DNA of 64,000 nucleotides from Candidatus Eiseniibacteriota bacterium (GTDB taxonomy: Bacteria; Orphanbacterota; Orphanbacteria; Orphanbacterales; Orphanbacteraceae), in the NCBI GenBank assembly GCA_043809585.1, contig JBDROZ010000084.1, positions 1 through 64,000 of the forward strand, written 5' to 3'. The notes under the pieces were generated by a model. That model was given only the letters and a program-made list of their open reading frames with translations, made no database searches and was not told where the DNA came from. The position numbers and the translations under genes were made by a program. Below are positions 39,012 through 54,845 of the stretch, piece by piece (positions within the stretch are counted from its first letter, which is position 1; every line of letters begins with the position of its first letter).

Positions 39012-39184
39012 CCGCACTTCCCGCCAGGTTTCGTTGCGAGGTTTCGGATCAAGAGACGAGAAGCCGACTTGGACGAGCCGCTCCCGGAGGCGGGGCCCGA
39101 AGCCCCGTTGAGGAAGCGGCGACGGAAAGAAGGCTTCGTAGGCCGTGATCCGGAACCGCAGTAGAAACCTGGCGGGAAGTGCGG
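39012..39184. repeat. Nested-palindrome repeat element, copy A
   Basis: Perfect 21-bp outer stem 39012-39032 / 39164-39184. Core is homologous to 50568-50662 and 50739-50833. Confidence 0.8.
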
Positions 39185-39185
39185 G

Positions 39186-41129
<1,944 letters not shown>

Positions 41130-41155
41130 GAGAGCGCTCTCCGCCGCCCCGCCCG

Positions 41156-41743
41156 CTAAAAGGAGACCTTCGGCGCCTCCCGCTCCGCTTCCGAGGTGGT
41201 CGCTTGGAGCAGCTCGGCGGGACCGAAGTTGAACATGCCGGCGAGGAGGGTGTTCGGGAACGACTCCCGGAGGATGTTGTACGCCATCACCATGTCGTTG
41301 AAGGCCTGGCGGGCGAAAGAGACCTTGTTCTCCGTGGAGGTCAGCTCCTCCATCAGCTGGCTCATGGTCTGGTTCGCCTTCAGGTCCGGGTACGATTCGG
41401 AGAGGGCGAAGAGCCGGCCGAGGGCGCCGGCGAGACCGCTCTCCGCCTGGGAGAGCTGGCGCATCACCTCGGGCGCGCCCGGGTCCGCCGCCGCGGCCCC
41501 CGCCGCCGTGACCGCTGCGCTCCGGGCCCGGATCACCGCCTCGAGGGTCTCCCGCTCGTGCTTGATGTAGCCTTTCGCCGTCTCCACCAGATTGGGGATC
41601 AGGTCGTAGCGGCGCTTCAGCTGAACGTCGATCTGGGCGTAGGCGTTCTTGTACCTGTTCCGCCCCGCCACGAGCCGGTTGTAGATACCGACGATGAAGA
41701 AAACGATCAGGACGAGTACGACTAATACGACGATCATGCCCAT
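41156..41743 (-). CDS. lemA: LemA family protein
   Basis: QLKRRYDLIPNLVET, ESYPDLKAN and ENKVSFARQ. Confidence 0.95.
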   Translation of the reverse strand: MGMIVVLVVLVLIVFFIVGIYNRLVAGRNRYKNAYAQIDVQLKRRYDLIPNLVETAKGYIKHERETLEAVIRARSAAVTAAGAAAADPGAPEVMRQLSQAESGLAGALGRLFALSESYPDLKANQTMSQLMEELTSTENKVSFARQAFNDMVMAYNILRESFPNTLLAGMFNFGPAELLQATTSEAEREAPKVSF

Positions 41744-41923
41744 TTCGGAGACCTCCCGGTCGTCTGGGATCGAAATCGGCCGCGGGGCGGCGTTCTCGGA
41801 AACTACCCGATCCGGATTCGTTTTATTCGAAGACCGGCGATGGCCCGCCGGCCCCATCGGGTCGCCCCTGCAGTGTCGGGCCCCGAGGGCTCCCCGTCAA
41901 GGCGAACGTGACGGGGGCGGGCT

Positions 41924-44497
41924 TTACCGGGCGATCACCACCCGCCGGGAGGTCTCCGCGTCCCCGGCCCGGAGGCGGAGGAAATAGACGCCGCTCGGGA
42001 CCCCCGCGGCGCTCCAGTACATGGACCTAATGATACCGTCCCCCGACGGGCGGTCCCCGAGGTGGGCGACCCGGCGCCCCCGGATGTCGAAGACGTCGAG
42101 CGTCACCGGCGCCCGGCTCTTCGCGGCGTACCGGAGCAGGGTCTGATCGGCAAAGGGGCTCGGCGAAGGGGGATCGAGCATGAGGTGCAGCGCCGAGGCG
42201 GCTGCGGGTTCCGACGCCACGCCGGTCGGCACGGAAAGGTCGATCTCCCACGCCCCCCGTCCGTAGGTGCCGGCCACGAGCTTCCGCGTCCCCCTCCGGA
42301 TCTCGAGATCGAGCACCACCGCCTCGGGAAGTCCCGTCTCGAAAGGCTCCCAGTGGGCGCCGCCGTCCCGACTCCACCAGACGCCCATGTCGGTGCCGAT
42401 GTACCAGGCGTTCGGATCGGTCGGGTCGACGATGATCGTGTTCACCGGGTGGGACGGAAGGTCGCCGGTCACGTCGGTCCAGGTCACGCCGTAGTTGGTC
42501 GTGAGGGCCACGTGGGCGTATGGACCGTACCCCGAGAATGTGACGAGCGCAGAGGCGACGTCGACCGGGTGGGCGTGGATCTTGGTCGCCGGGCCGGTGG
42601 AGAAGCCGTAGGAGTTCGCGTAGGCCCACGTCCCCCCGTCGTCGACGGTGAGCCGGGGGGTCCCGGCGACGGTCCAGACCACGTCGCCGTCCACGGGGCT
42701 GATCGAGATCCACGTGGCCGACCCCGTGGTGGCGGCGTCCCACGATCCTCCCCCGCTCCAGGTCCGGTAGATCGATCCGTTCTGCGCCGTGTAAAGGTGG
42801 TCCGAGTTCTCCGGGTCCTGGTCGACCGGCGTCACCCACGCTCCCGACGAGGCGGGGATCCCCCCCTGGATCGAAAACCAGGAGTCGCCTCCGTTCACGC
42901 TCTTCACATGGTTGCCGAACTGCCACTCCCCGTAGATCTCGTCCGCGTCGCCGGGGGAGACGTTGCACACCATGCCGTCGGCGAAGAGGGTCGACGTGAA
43001 CCACTCGTCCACGGTCACCCGGCCGGGGACGCCGTTGTCCTGGGTCCCCCCCATCATGAAGGCCCCGTCCGACTGGGCGACGCAGATGTCGTAGAACTGG
43101 TACGTGACGAGCCCCTCCCGGCGGGATGTCCAGTCCTCGCCGTCGTTCAGGGAGCGCCACACGCCGCCGTCGGTGCAGACCCAGACCTCGTCGTTCGATC
43201 CCGGCTTGTAGGCGACGGCATGATGGTCCCAGTGGACCGAAGTTTCCGTGCCGAGGCCGTAGCCGATCCCCGTGCTGTCGAATGTGGCGCCGCCGTCGAT
43301 GGAGCGGTAGAGCTTGACGCCCCCCGCGATCACCCGGACCGGGTCGTCGGGGTCGACGGCGAGGGAGAGGTTGTACCACCCCTGGCCGCCGGTCATGTTC
43401 GGCCCCGTGTAAACGGCGGTCCAGTTCTCGCCGTTGTCGTCGCTCCGGTAGATGCCGAGGGTCTCCGATGTCAGCCGGTTCACGTAGTTCGCGTAGATCA
43501 CGTTCGGGTTGGCGGGGGTAACCGCGATCTTGGTCTTCCCGATGAGCGCGCCCGACGGTTGGCCCACCCCCGCCTTCGCCCACGTCAGGCCATCGTCGGT
43601 GGAGACTTTCACGTGATTCGCGCCGGTGGCCGAACCCTTCGCTGCATAGACCCGGAGCGAATCACCGGGCTTCCATTTGACGTCGTAGTAGTTCCCCCCC
43701 TCGAGCACCGTCTCCCACGTCTCCCCTGAGTCGGTGGAGCGCCAAAGGGCGCCGCTCGCGCCGGCGAGGATCGTCCCGGTGACGGGATTCACCTCCATCA
43801 CGTTGAACCCGGTAAAACTCGTGCCCGGGTAGGAGAGGCTCGTGGGGCCCCACGTCGCACCGCCGTCGACGGACTTCAAAATGCCCACGCCATAGTCCGT
43901 GTTGAGGGCGCCGTTCCCCTCCCCCGTGCCGATCAGCACGATGTTGGGATCGGAAGGTAAAACGGCAACCGCTCCGATCGCGAGGGACTGGAGGGAATCG
44001 GTGAGAGGCGCCCAACTGTCGCCGCCGTCGATCGACTTCCAGAGTCCGCCGCTGGCCGACCCGACGTAGACGATGTCCGGATTGGCGGGGTGAAACTCGA
44101 TGTCGAGGCAACGGCCGGAGACGTTCGCCGGGCCGACGGTGAACCAACTCGCCCGGGCGGCCTTCCCGGCCCCCTCGACGCGGGCCGACTTCTCCTCCCA
44201 CACCCGGCGGCGGGCGGCGCCGTCCGGCGCCCTCTCATCGTCCATCCGGGACTCGGCATACCACTTCACGCGGTAGTACGGCTTGAAGCCGCTGCTCTTC
44301 GTCGTCTTCAGCTCCGGATGGCTGTCGTAGAACTCCTCCATCGCCCGGAGCCAGTCGACGGGATACGCCTCATCTTGCCCCCCCTCGCTCTTGGAAGGAA
44401 CGAATGCCATCGCGAGAAGAGGGATGAACAGGAGGGAGACGAGCGCACGAATGAGGCGAACCGGGGGGCGCGGGATGGAGCGGAAGGGAGCGTTCAT
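41924..44497 (-). CDS. Secreted BNR/Asp-box beta-propeller (sortilin/GH74-like) protein with FlgD-Ig-like C-terminal domain
   Basis: Many SxDGGxTW Asp-box repeats, GGTQDNG, GTYGRGAW and C-terminal SGVYFLRL. Confidence 0.85.
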   Translation of the reverse strand: MNAPFRSIPRPPVRLIRALVSLLFIPLLAMAFVPSKSEGGQDEAYPVDWLRAMEEFYDSHPELKTTKSSGFKPYYRVKWYAESRMDDERAPDGAARRRVWEEKSARVEGAGKAARASWFTVGPANVSGRCLDIEFHPANPDIVYVGSASGGLWKSIDGGDSWAPLTDSLQSLAIGAVAVLPSDPNIVLIGTGEGNGALNTDYGVGILKSVDGGATWGPTSLSYPGTSFTGFNVMEVNPVTGTILAGASGALWRSTDSGETWETVLEGGNYYDVKWKPGDSLRVYAAKGSATGANHVKVSTDDGLTWAKAGVGQPSGALIGKTKIAVTPANPNVIYANYVNRLTSETLGIYRSDDNGENWTAVYTGPNMTGGQGWYNLSLAVDPDDPVRVIAGGVKLYRSIDGGATFDSTGIGYGLGTETSVHWDHHAVAYKPGSNDEVWVCTDGGVWRSLNDGEDWTSRREGLVTYQFYDICVAQSDGAFMMGGTQDNGVPGRVTVDEWFTSTLFADGMVCNVSPGDADEIYGEWQFGNHVKSVNGGDSWFSIQGGIPASSGAWVTPVDQDPENSDHLYTAQNGSIYRTWSGGGSWDAATTGSATWISISPVDGDVVWTVAGTPRLTVDDGGTWAYANSYGFSTGPATKIHAHPVDVASALVTFSGYGPYAHVALTTNYGVTWTDVTGDLPSHPVNTIIVDPTDPNAWYIGTDMGVWWSRDGGAHWEPFETGLPEAVVLDLEIRRGTRKLVAGTYGRGAWEIDLSVPTGVASEPAAASALHLMLDPPSPSPFADQTLLRYAAKSRAPVTLDVFDIRGRRVAHLGDRPSGDGIIRSMYWSAAGVPSGVYFLRLRAGDAETSRRVVIAR

Positions 44498-44937
44498 GGC
44501 ATACTCCTTGGCTTTCCGAGAGCCCCGGTTCTCGAGAAGGCGCCCGTCTGAATCGGCGAGATCGAAATCGACTTCTCGACTCGGGGGAGCGGTGGGTGAA
44601 GACACTTATCATTATACACGAAAAGGGCTCGTGCGGGTATCTCCGGGCTCGGGCCTGTCGGCGCGAAGCCCCGTCTCACGAGAAGGGGAGGCCGGCGGGC
44701 GGGCCGCCGAGGAACGGGGATGTCCAGAATCTATCCGGACTCCCCACCCCCCGGCGAGGCTACTGGAAAGGTGCCGTCCCTTGCCGGGAGAATCGCCGGT
44801 CCTGAACGGGTCCGTCCGGGCGCCCCCCCGAACTCCTGACGCGGCAGAGAATTCCGGGCGCGACCTCTTGCGGGGCCGCGCCGAGGGTGAAGAAAGCGCG
44901 CGCGAAGACACCGACGACGGCAGGTGTCATCGAATCC

Positions 44938-45879
44938 TCACATTCCCCGGATCACGTCGAGCACGGGGCCGGCGTCGTTCATGATGTAGAAGTGGACGCA
45001 AGGGGCGCCGTTGTCGACCAGTTCCCGAACCTGCCGGATCCCCCACCGGACGCCGATCTCCCGAGCGTGCTCCGGGCCCGCCTGCACCTCGTCGGCGAGA
45101 TCCTCGGGAACGGTGACGTGGAAGTTCTTCGGCAGTGTCGTGAGCTGGCTCGGCCGGTCGAGGATCTTCATACCCGGAATGATGGGCACCGTGATCCCCG
45201 CCTCCCGGCAGGCCCGCTCGAACTCGAAGTAGTGCCGGTTGTCGAAGAACATCTGGGTGACGACGTAGTCAGCGCCGGCGTCGACCTTCTGTTTCAGGTA
45301 AGCGACGTCGGTCTTCCGGTTCGGTGATTCGATGTGCTTCTCGGGGTAGCCGCCGACGCCGACGCACATGTCGATCGGCTCCGAGTTCGCGATGTCCTCG
45401 AGGTACTTTCCCCGCTTCAGATCCACGAGTTGGGAGACGAGGGCGTCGGCGTAGGCGTTCACGGACTTGCTCGAGTCGATCCGCTTCTTGTAGTTCGTCT
45501 CGTCCCCCCGGATGGCGAGCACGTTGTGAATGCCGAGGTAGTTCAGCTCGATCATGGCGTCCTCCGTCTCCTCCCGGCTGAACCCGCGGCAGAGGAGATG
45601 GGGGACCGTGTCGATGTTGTACCGGATGCTGATGATGCCGCAGATGCTGATCGTCCCCGGCCGTTTCTTCCGGACCCGCCGCCGGATCCCGCCGCCGTCG
45701 AGCTCCTCGTAGTACGCCTCGGCCGAGTGGCTCGTCACGTCGATGAAGGGGGGCCGGAAAGGCATCACCTGTTCGACCACGTCGATGATGTCCCGCACGC
45801 TCCCCCCCCGAAGGGGCGGGATGATCTCGTAGCTGAACAGAGGGCTCTTCGCGCGGTCGAGGTGTTCGGTCACATGCAT
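44938..45879 (-). CDS. metF: 5,10-methylenetetrahydrofolate reductase
   Basis: [37 protein letters not shown] and VHFY. Confidence 0.93.
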   Translation of the reverse strand: MHVTEHLDRAKSPLFSYEIIPPLRGGSVRDIIDVVEQVMPFRPPFIDVTSHSAEAYYEELDGGGIRRRVRKKRPGTISICGIISIRYNIDTVPHLLCRGFSREETEDAMIELNYLGIHNVLAIRGDETNYKKRIDSSKSVNAYADALVSQLVDLKRGKYLEDIANSEPIDMCVGVGGYPEKHIESPNRKTDVAYLKQKVDAGADYVVTQMFFDNRHYFEFERACREAGITVPIIPGMKILDRPSQLTTLPKNFHVTVPEDLADEVQAGPEHAREIGVRWGIRQVRELVDNGAPCVHFYIMNDAGPVLDVIRGM

Positions 45880-45934
45880 GGCGAAACGTCTCCCGTGAGA
45901 TGTCCCGGCCGGCCCGGGCGATTCGTGCTCGATA

Positions 45935-49639
<3,705 letters not shown>

Positions 49640-49786
49640 CTCCCGAGGGGATATCGGTCCCGGGCCGCGGGGGGTCGTCTGAAGGTAACAGATTCGGAGC
49701 GGCCATGCCCATGGGGATCGGCGACGACGGCGTCCTCTCGAGAAGAAGGCTGTGCGCCCGGGGGGATGGAACTCGGTCCCGGTCTC

Positions 49787-49888
49787 TCACCTCCCCCGGG
49801 TGAGGAAGCGGGAGCGTACCAGAAAGACGACCCAGATCACCACGACACCGATCAGGGTGAATGGAAGGGACGGACGGAGGTCGTTCAT
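49787..49888 (-). CDS. Putative 33-aa single-pass membrane peptide
   Basis: MNDLRPSLPFTLIGVVVIWVVFLVRSRFLTRGR, translated by hand. Weak RBS. Confidence 0.35.
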   Translation of the reverse strand: MNDLRPSLPFTLIGVVVIWVVFLVRSRFLTRGR

Positions 49889-49923
49889 TCCGGCCCCGGG
49901 CTTTTCCTGGGGGCGAGAAGGGC

Positions 49924-50298
49924 TCAGCGCTCCTCCGACAGGTGACGAAGGGCGAGCTCGAGGTCGGTGAAGAGCGTGACGTCCAAGCCGCTGTTTCGGG
50001 AGACGGTCTCGACGAAGTCATGGGAGTGGTCGCCGGGGCTCACGAGCACTGCGATCCGGGCGTTCCGGTCGATCCCCTCAGCCAGCCTCATGTCTTTGTA
50101 GGCGAATTCGTAGTTACCGAAGACCGTGTCGACATTCCGGCACTCCCTCGCGTCGACCAGGTAACGATGGACCCCATGCTCCCGGCCGAAAGAGTGGGCT
50201 TCCAGGTTGGTCTCCACCGCCGCCCGCCCGCGGATCTCCCCCCGGAGGCGCAGAACGACATAGCTTCGGTCTTCCGATAAGGAAATGGAGTGCTCCAC
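49924..50298 (-). CDS. Hypothetical protein (STAS/SEC14-like fold)
   Basis: YLVDARE, RIAVLV, FVETVSRNSG and FTDLELALRHL. GAGG RBS. Confidence 0.65.
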   Translation of the reverse strand: MEHSISLSEDRSYVVLRLRGEIRGRAAVETNLEAHSFGREHGVHRYLVDARECRNVDTVFGNYEFAYKDMRLAEGIDRNARIAVLVSPGDHSHDFVETVSRNSGLDVTLFTDLELALRHLSEER

Positions 50299-50567
50299 CC
50301 TTCACCTCTTGGCGTCCGCCCGCCGAGGGTGGAGACAACACCCCTGTCGTCACAGGCGGGGGACACGGATCGAAGGCCCGTATATTTTAATATAAAGCAT
50401 GATGGGGTCCGTCGTCCACCCGGAAGGGGGGTCATCCGGGACACGCCGCTCCCTCATCGACTCGGGATGATGCGCTTGGACGGGCAGTTCGTTCGATGAT
50501 CCGAACGGCCAGTGGATCGAGATTGCTTACATCGTGAGGTCCGAGGGGAGTGAGGCGAGAGGGCATA

Positions 50568-50662
50568 CTGGACGAGCCGGCACCCGGAGGCGGGGCCCGA
50601 GCCCCGTCGAGGATGCCGGCGAAGGAAGAACGGCCTCGGAGCCCGTGCCCCGAGGCCGCAGT
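50568..50662. repeat. Nested-palindrome repeat element, copy B (core only)
   Basis: 95 nt identical to 50739-50833. Confidence 0.85.
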
Positions 50663-50678
50663 GCGTTCTTGGCCGTAC

Positions 50679-50858
50679 GGGTCGTGCTTCGGAACCGGAT
50701 TCGTCGCGAGGGTTCGGGGCACGGTGCGAGAGGCGGTTCTGGACGAGCCGGCACCCGGAGGCGGGGCCCGAGCCCCGTCGAGGATGCCGGCGAAGGAAGA
50801 ACGGCCTCGGAGCCCGTGCCCCGAGGCCGCAGTAGAATCCGGTTCCGAAGCACGACCC
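50679..50858. repeat. Nested-palindrome repeat element, copy C
   Basis: Perfect 24-bp outer stem 50679-50702 / 50835-50858, abutting a TAG stop. Confidence 0.85.
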
Positions 50859-52246
50859 TATTGCCGGGACTTCTCCCAGTTCACCCCCTTGGTGAACCAG
50901 TCCTTCAGGAGCCAGGCGATGATCGGCCCGCCGAGGGCGAAGACGCCGAGAATGATCCAGAGCATGCTCGGCGAGTCGACGAAGGCGACCGTTCCGGCCC
51001 GGAGCCGTTCTCCCATGTCCTCCGGCACCCAGCGGGTAAGCATGTGCCCCGAAAGGAGGCTGACCACGGTCTTGGCGAAGAAGTAGGGGACCATCGACAG
51101 GCCGAGATAGGTCCCCTCCTGCCCTTCCGGCGCGATGGCCGCCGCGTACTCGTTCAGCCTCGGCGACCAGATCACTTCCCCGATGGTAAGCACCACGAGA
51201 GCCATGATCGAATAAACGTACGTCATCTGCCCGTACGAGGGGATCGCCAGCACCCAGAGGGAGAGGGCCGAGATCATCCCACCGAAGGTCAGCATCTTGT
51301 AGACGCTGTACCGGTGCAGGATCGGTATGAGCAGGATCAGCCCGAAAATCACGAGAATCGGATTCACCGCCTGGAGCAACCCGATCTTCGCCTCCGGCCC
51401 GATCACTCGGAGCCAGTACTTCGGCCAGAGAAGGTGCAGATAGAGGAAGCACGCCCGGACACCGATGAGGAGCGAGATGAGGCACATGAACTTCCAGAAG
51501 ATGGAGACCTTCACCACCTCGGCCGCGATCTGCCACGGCTTCTTCCGGGGCTTCTTCTCCGACTCCGGAACGGCCGCCGGCTCCTCTCCCTCGTCGTAGA
51601 GCTGATCCTCCCGGCGGATGAACATCATGATCAGGAAGAAACTCACGATGTGGGCGAAGACGGCGAACGTGAAGATGTGCCCGTTCGGCAGGCCGAGGGA
51701 GAGACGGATGATGTCGATCAGGAACCCGGCCGCCGCGGCCCCGATATTCATGAAGAGGTACCAGAGGTTGAAGCCCGCTCCCCGGGACTTCTTCGTGGTG
51801 AACCGTTTGTTCGCGGCCTGGTAGACCGTCTGTATCATCGCGACGAACGGCGCCATCAGGAAGAAGGCCGCGATCACGATCGGGCCCCTGAGGTCGGGCA
51901 GGAGATCCGGGTTCAGGGCGAGGACCATGATCGTTCCCCGCGTGAGGAGTTGTCCGATCATGGCGACGTAGAAGGACATCCGGATCCCGAGCCAATCGGT
52001 CACGGTCCCCGAAAAGAAGAGACAGATCGTGGTCGTGCTCCCGTAGATGGTCACCGCGTACCCCGCCTGCTCGTCGGAGAAACCGAAGTCGTCGGAGAGG
52101 AGGATGACGGCGATGGTGAGGATGGAGAAGAAGGTGGTGCTGTCCAGGAAGTTGACGATCTGGATGCCCCAGTACTCCGACCGCGTGTGACGGAGCACCT
52201 TGAAGTCCCGGAAATAGTCGACTACGGCGCCGGCCGGTCCGCCCAT
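50858..52246 (-). CDS. MFS transporter, divergent POT-like
   Basis: About 12 TM helices, GTVTDWLG, GFNLWYLFMNIGA, TIGEVIWSP and APEGQEGTYLG. Confidence 0.85.
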   Translation of the reverse strand: MGGPAGAVVDYFRDFKVLRHTRSEYWGIQIVNFLDSTTFFSILTIAVILLSDDFGFSDEQAGYAVTIYGSTTTICLFFSGTVTDWLGIRMSFYVAMIGQLLTRGTIMVLALNPDLLPDLRGPIVIAAFFLMAPFVAMIQTVYQAANKRFTTKKSRGAGFNLWYLFMNIGAAAAGFLIDIIRLSLGLPNGHIFTFAVFAHIVSFFLIMMFIRREDQLYDEGEEPAAVPESEKKPRKKPWQIAAEVVKVSIFWKFMCLISLLIGVRACFLYLHLLWPKYWLRVIGPEAKIGLLQAVNPILVIFGLILLIPILHRYSVYKMLTFGGMISALSLWVLAIPSYGQMTYVYSIMALVVLTIGEVIWSPRLNEYAAAIAPEGQEGTYLGLSMVPYFFAKTVVSLLSGHMLTRWVPEDMGERLRAGTVAFVDSPSMLWIILGVFALGGPIIAWLLKDWFTKGVNWEKSRQ

Positions 52247-52514
52247 ATCTTCTCCTTGTCGTTCGTCATAGGCCCATCCCCTTCTTCGGAGCGGCCGCCC
52301 CGGTAGCAGGAGGCTTCTGTTTTCTCGGGAGCCTCCCGATTCTACCCGGCGATTCGGATTCGATCAAGGCGCGCCCCGGCGGAAGGACGTCCGGCCCACC
52401 CACCGCCGGATCCCGGCGACCGAGAACTCCACAACTGTTTGTTAAATCAGCGGTTATAGACGATGGCGATAGATGCGCCGCTCGAGGGCTTCCGAGGGGA
52501 ACGATGATCGGGGG

Positions 52515-53474
52515 TCACGGGGTCCCCTCGGACCCCGCGGGCGCTTCGGCGCAGACCATCTCCTCGAGCATGGCCGATGCCCCCCGGTCGTCCAGGCCGA
52601 AGAGGCAGAGCATCACTTCGAGGTCGACCCGGACGCCGTCTATGATGTCCGAGAGGCCGTCCCGGTCCAGTCCGAACGCGGCCTTCGCCTCCGACACCAT
52701 GAGGGCCCCCCGGGCCGGATCGGGTTGGAGCACGCTCGGCGTGAGCGCCGCCACCGCGACCGGGAGCGCGATCGTCTCCTCGATGCCCAGCTCCCGGATC
52801 TCCTTCCGGGTCCGGGTGTGGGTGGCGACGAAACAGATCATCTCCTCCGGGAACCCCCACGCCTGAAGCACCCCCGCTCCCGCCTGGGAATGATCCCATT
52901 GGAACTTCACCCGCTCGAGCGCGGAGAGGCGCGATTTCGATCCCGGCCAGGTCGCGAACAGGGGGCCGTAGTAATCGGTCCACTCGCTCATGAGGACCGG
53001 AATCGCCACGTCCGCGAGGAGCATGGTCGTGAACGCCTCGTCCGCGTCCTTCGGGTTCGTCCTTCTCCGCAGGGACCGGGCGATCAAGGCCCGCACGAGA
53101 GAATCGGTCCAGAAAGCACCGTGATCAAACAGGTCTTCCGAGGGACGGGGAACGGCGGTCATCATGGTGTGGGAGAGGGCGATCGACCGCACCTGGCGGA
53201 GTCCGAGGAGGGAGACGGCGTGCCCCACGGTGGTCACCCGGTTCCGCAGCGAGTAGAACGACGAGTTGACCGTGCGGAGCACCTTGGCGGAGAGCTCGGG
53301 GGACGCCGAGATCGCCTGGGTGACCCGAGGCGCGTCGGGTTCGGGCCGGTTGATCTCGGCGATCAGTCCCGCGGCGGACGCGGGAAGGGCGGGGATCTCC
53401 ACGTCCTTGAACATGGCGGCAAAGTCCCCCGCGGCGACCGCGGCGTGACGACGGATCTTGTCGAAGATACTCAT
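52515..53474 (-). CDS. HDOD domain protein
   Basis: IPALP, SPELSAKVLRTVNSSFY, AVSLLG and DHSQAG..WGFP. Confidence 0.88.
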   Translation of the reverse strand: MSIFDKIRRHAAVAAGDFAAMFKDVEIPALPASAAGLIAEINRPEPDAPRVTQAISASPELSAKVLRTVNSSFYSLRNRVTTVGHAVSLLGLRQVRSIALSHTMMTAVPRPSEDLFDHGAFWTDSLVRALIARSLRRRTNPKDADEAFTTMLLADVAIPVLMSEWTDYYGPLFATWPGSKSRLSALERVKFQWDHSQAGAGVLQAWGFPEEMICFVATHTRTRKEIRELGIEETIALPVAVAALTPSVLQPDPARGALMVSEAKAAFGLDRDGLSDIIDGVRVDLEVMLCLFGLDDRGASAMLEEMVCAEAPAGSEGTP

Positions 53475-53627
53475 GACGCTTTCGGCTCCCTCGTTCGGTC
53501 GGTTTGTTCCCCTCCGGCCGGATCGGCTCACCAGATGCCATCTCTGTACTTCCGAGGATCGGCCGTGGGGGCGTGGGGGCTGAGCTTCAGGGGCGGAAAA
53601 AAGATGGGACAATCGAGACGGTTCGGA

Positions 53628-54716
53628 TCAATGTCCGCGGTTCTTCTTGAATCGGCGCCATTCCTTGTGGATCGCTTTCCAGCGGCCTTTCGTGTTACGG
53701 TGGATTTTTTCGTCCCGTCTCTCCCGGAGGTGGCCGAGTTCCCGGCGGAGACGGAGATAACTGTCCAGCCTCGCCTCGGAGAGACCGCCCGATGCGACGG
53801 CGGCCCGCACGGCGCACCCGGGTTCGCTCCCGTGGGCGCAGTCGCGGAATCGGCACTCCCCGGCGAGGGACTCCACGTCGCCGAAAGCCGAAGCGAGCCC
53901 CTTCTCGCTCCCCCAGAGTTGGATCTCCCGCATGCCCGGTGAATCGACGAGGATGGCGCCCGACGGGAGAACGATCATCTCCCGATGGGTCGTCGTGTGG
54001 CGGCCCCGGCTGTCGGCTTCCCGAACCTCGGCGGTGCGGGCTACGTCCTCTCCGGCGAGACGATTGATGATGCTCGACTTCCCGGCCCCCGACGAGCCGA
54101 GGAGCGCCACGGTCCGGCCGGGCCCGAGCCAGGGGCCGAGATCGTCGAACCCCCGGCCGTCCAGGGCGCTCACGGCGATCACCGCTCCGTTGGGGGCGAT
54201 CGCCCGCACCGAGTCGGCGCACTCCTCCGCATCGCCCCGGAGGTCCGCCTTGTTCAGGATCACCACCGGCTCGGCCCCGCTCTCCCACCCGAGGGTGAGG
54301 TATCGTTCGATCCGGCGGACATTGAAGTCGCCGTCGAGACCGGTTACGAGAAAGAGCGTGTCCACGTTCGCCGCCACCAATTGCTCCCGGGTGGTGCGGC
54401 CCGCACTCTTCCTGGAGAAGACGCTCGTCCGGGAGAGGATCGACTCGATCGTCCCCTTCGGTTCTCCCTCGAGGAGACGGAGGACGACCCAGTCGCCGAC
54501 GGCGGGGAGACCGGCCCCTGGTCCGGCCCGGTGCCCGAGCCGCCCGGGCCGCTCCGCCTCCACTTCCTTCCCCCCCCCGGTCCACGCATAGAACCGCCCG
54601 GAGACGTGGCGGCAGATCCGTCCCGGCACACACCCCTCCGGCGCGGCTTCCCGGAACTCCCGCTCCCGCGCTTCATTCCAGCCGAGATCGATCAACGAAG
54701 GGTTGGTTGGGCTCAT
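53628..54716 (-). CDS. rsgA: Ribosome small subunit-dependent GTPase A
   Basis: VGDWV, AANVD, NKAD, GSSGAGKS, GRHTT, DSPGMRE and CRFRDCAH..EPGC. Confidence 0.95.
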   Translation of the reverse strand: MSPTNPSLIDLGWNEAREREFREAAPEGCVPGRICRHVSGRFYAWTGGGKEVEAERPGRLGHRAGPGAGLPAVGDWVVLRLLEGEPKGTIESILSRTSVFSRKSAGRTTREQLVAANVDTLFLVTGLDGDFNVRRIERYLTLGWESGAEPVVILNKADLRGDAEECADSVRAIAPNGAVIAVSALDGRGFDDLGPWLGPGRTVALLGSSGAGKSSIINRLAGEDVARTAEVREADSRGRHTTTHREMIVLPSGAILVDSPGMREIQLWGSEKGLASAFGDVESLAGECRFRDCAHGSEPGCAVRAAVASGGLSEARLDSYLRLRRELGHLRERRDEKIHRNTKGRWKAIHKEWRRFKKNRGH

Positions 54717-54845
54717 TCCCAAGTTCCGATCTTCCTCGGACTCCTCTTCCGCACCCGGGGATGGCGGCGCTCGTGAGTCATGCTGAAATTCGGGACCCGC
54801 CCATACTACTAAGCCAGCAAGGACTGCGGCCCGCTCTCTCCACCC

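Noticed and set aside
44606-44937. GC-rich hairpins downstream of metF
   Set aside because: Short imperfect stems are expected at this GC content, and they show no similarity to the repeat families.
49640-49786. Possible SAM or cobalamin riboswitch upstream of metH
   Set aside because: I recognised no consensus elements on either strand.
50568-50833. CRISPR array
   Set aside because: Only two 95-nt repeats, too long for CRISPR, with no spacer series and no cas genes.
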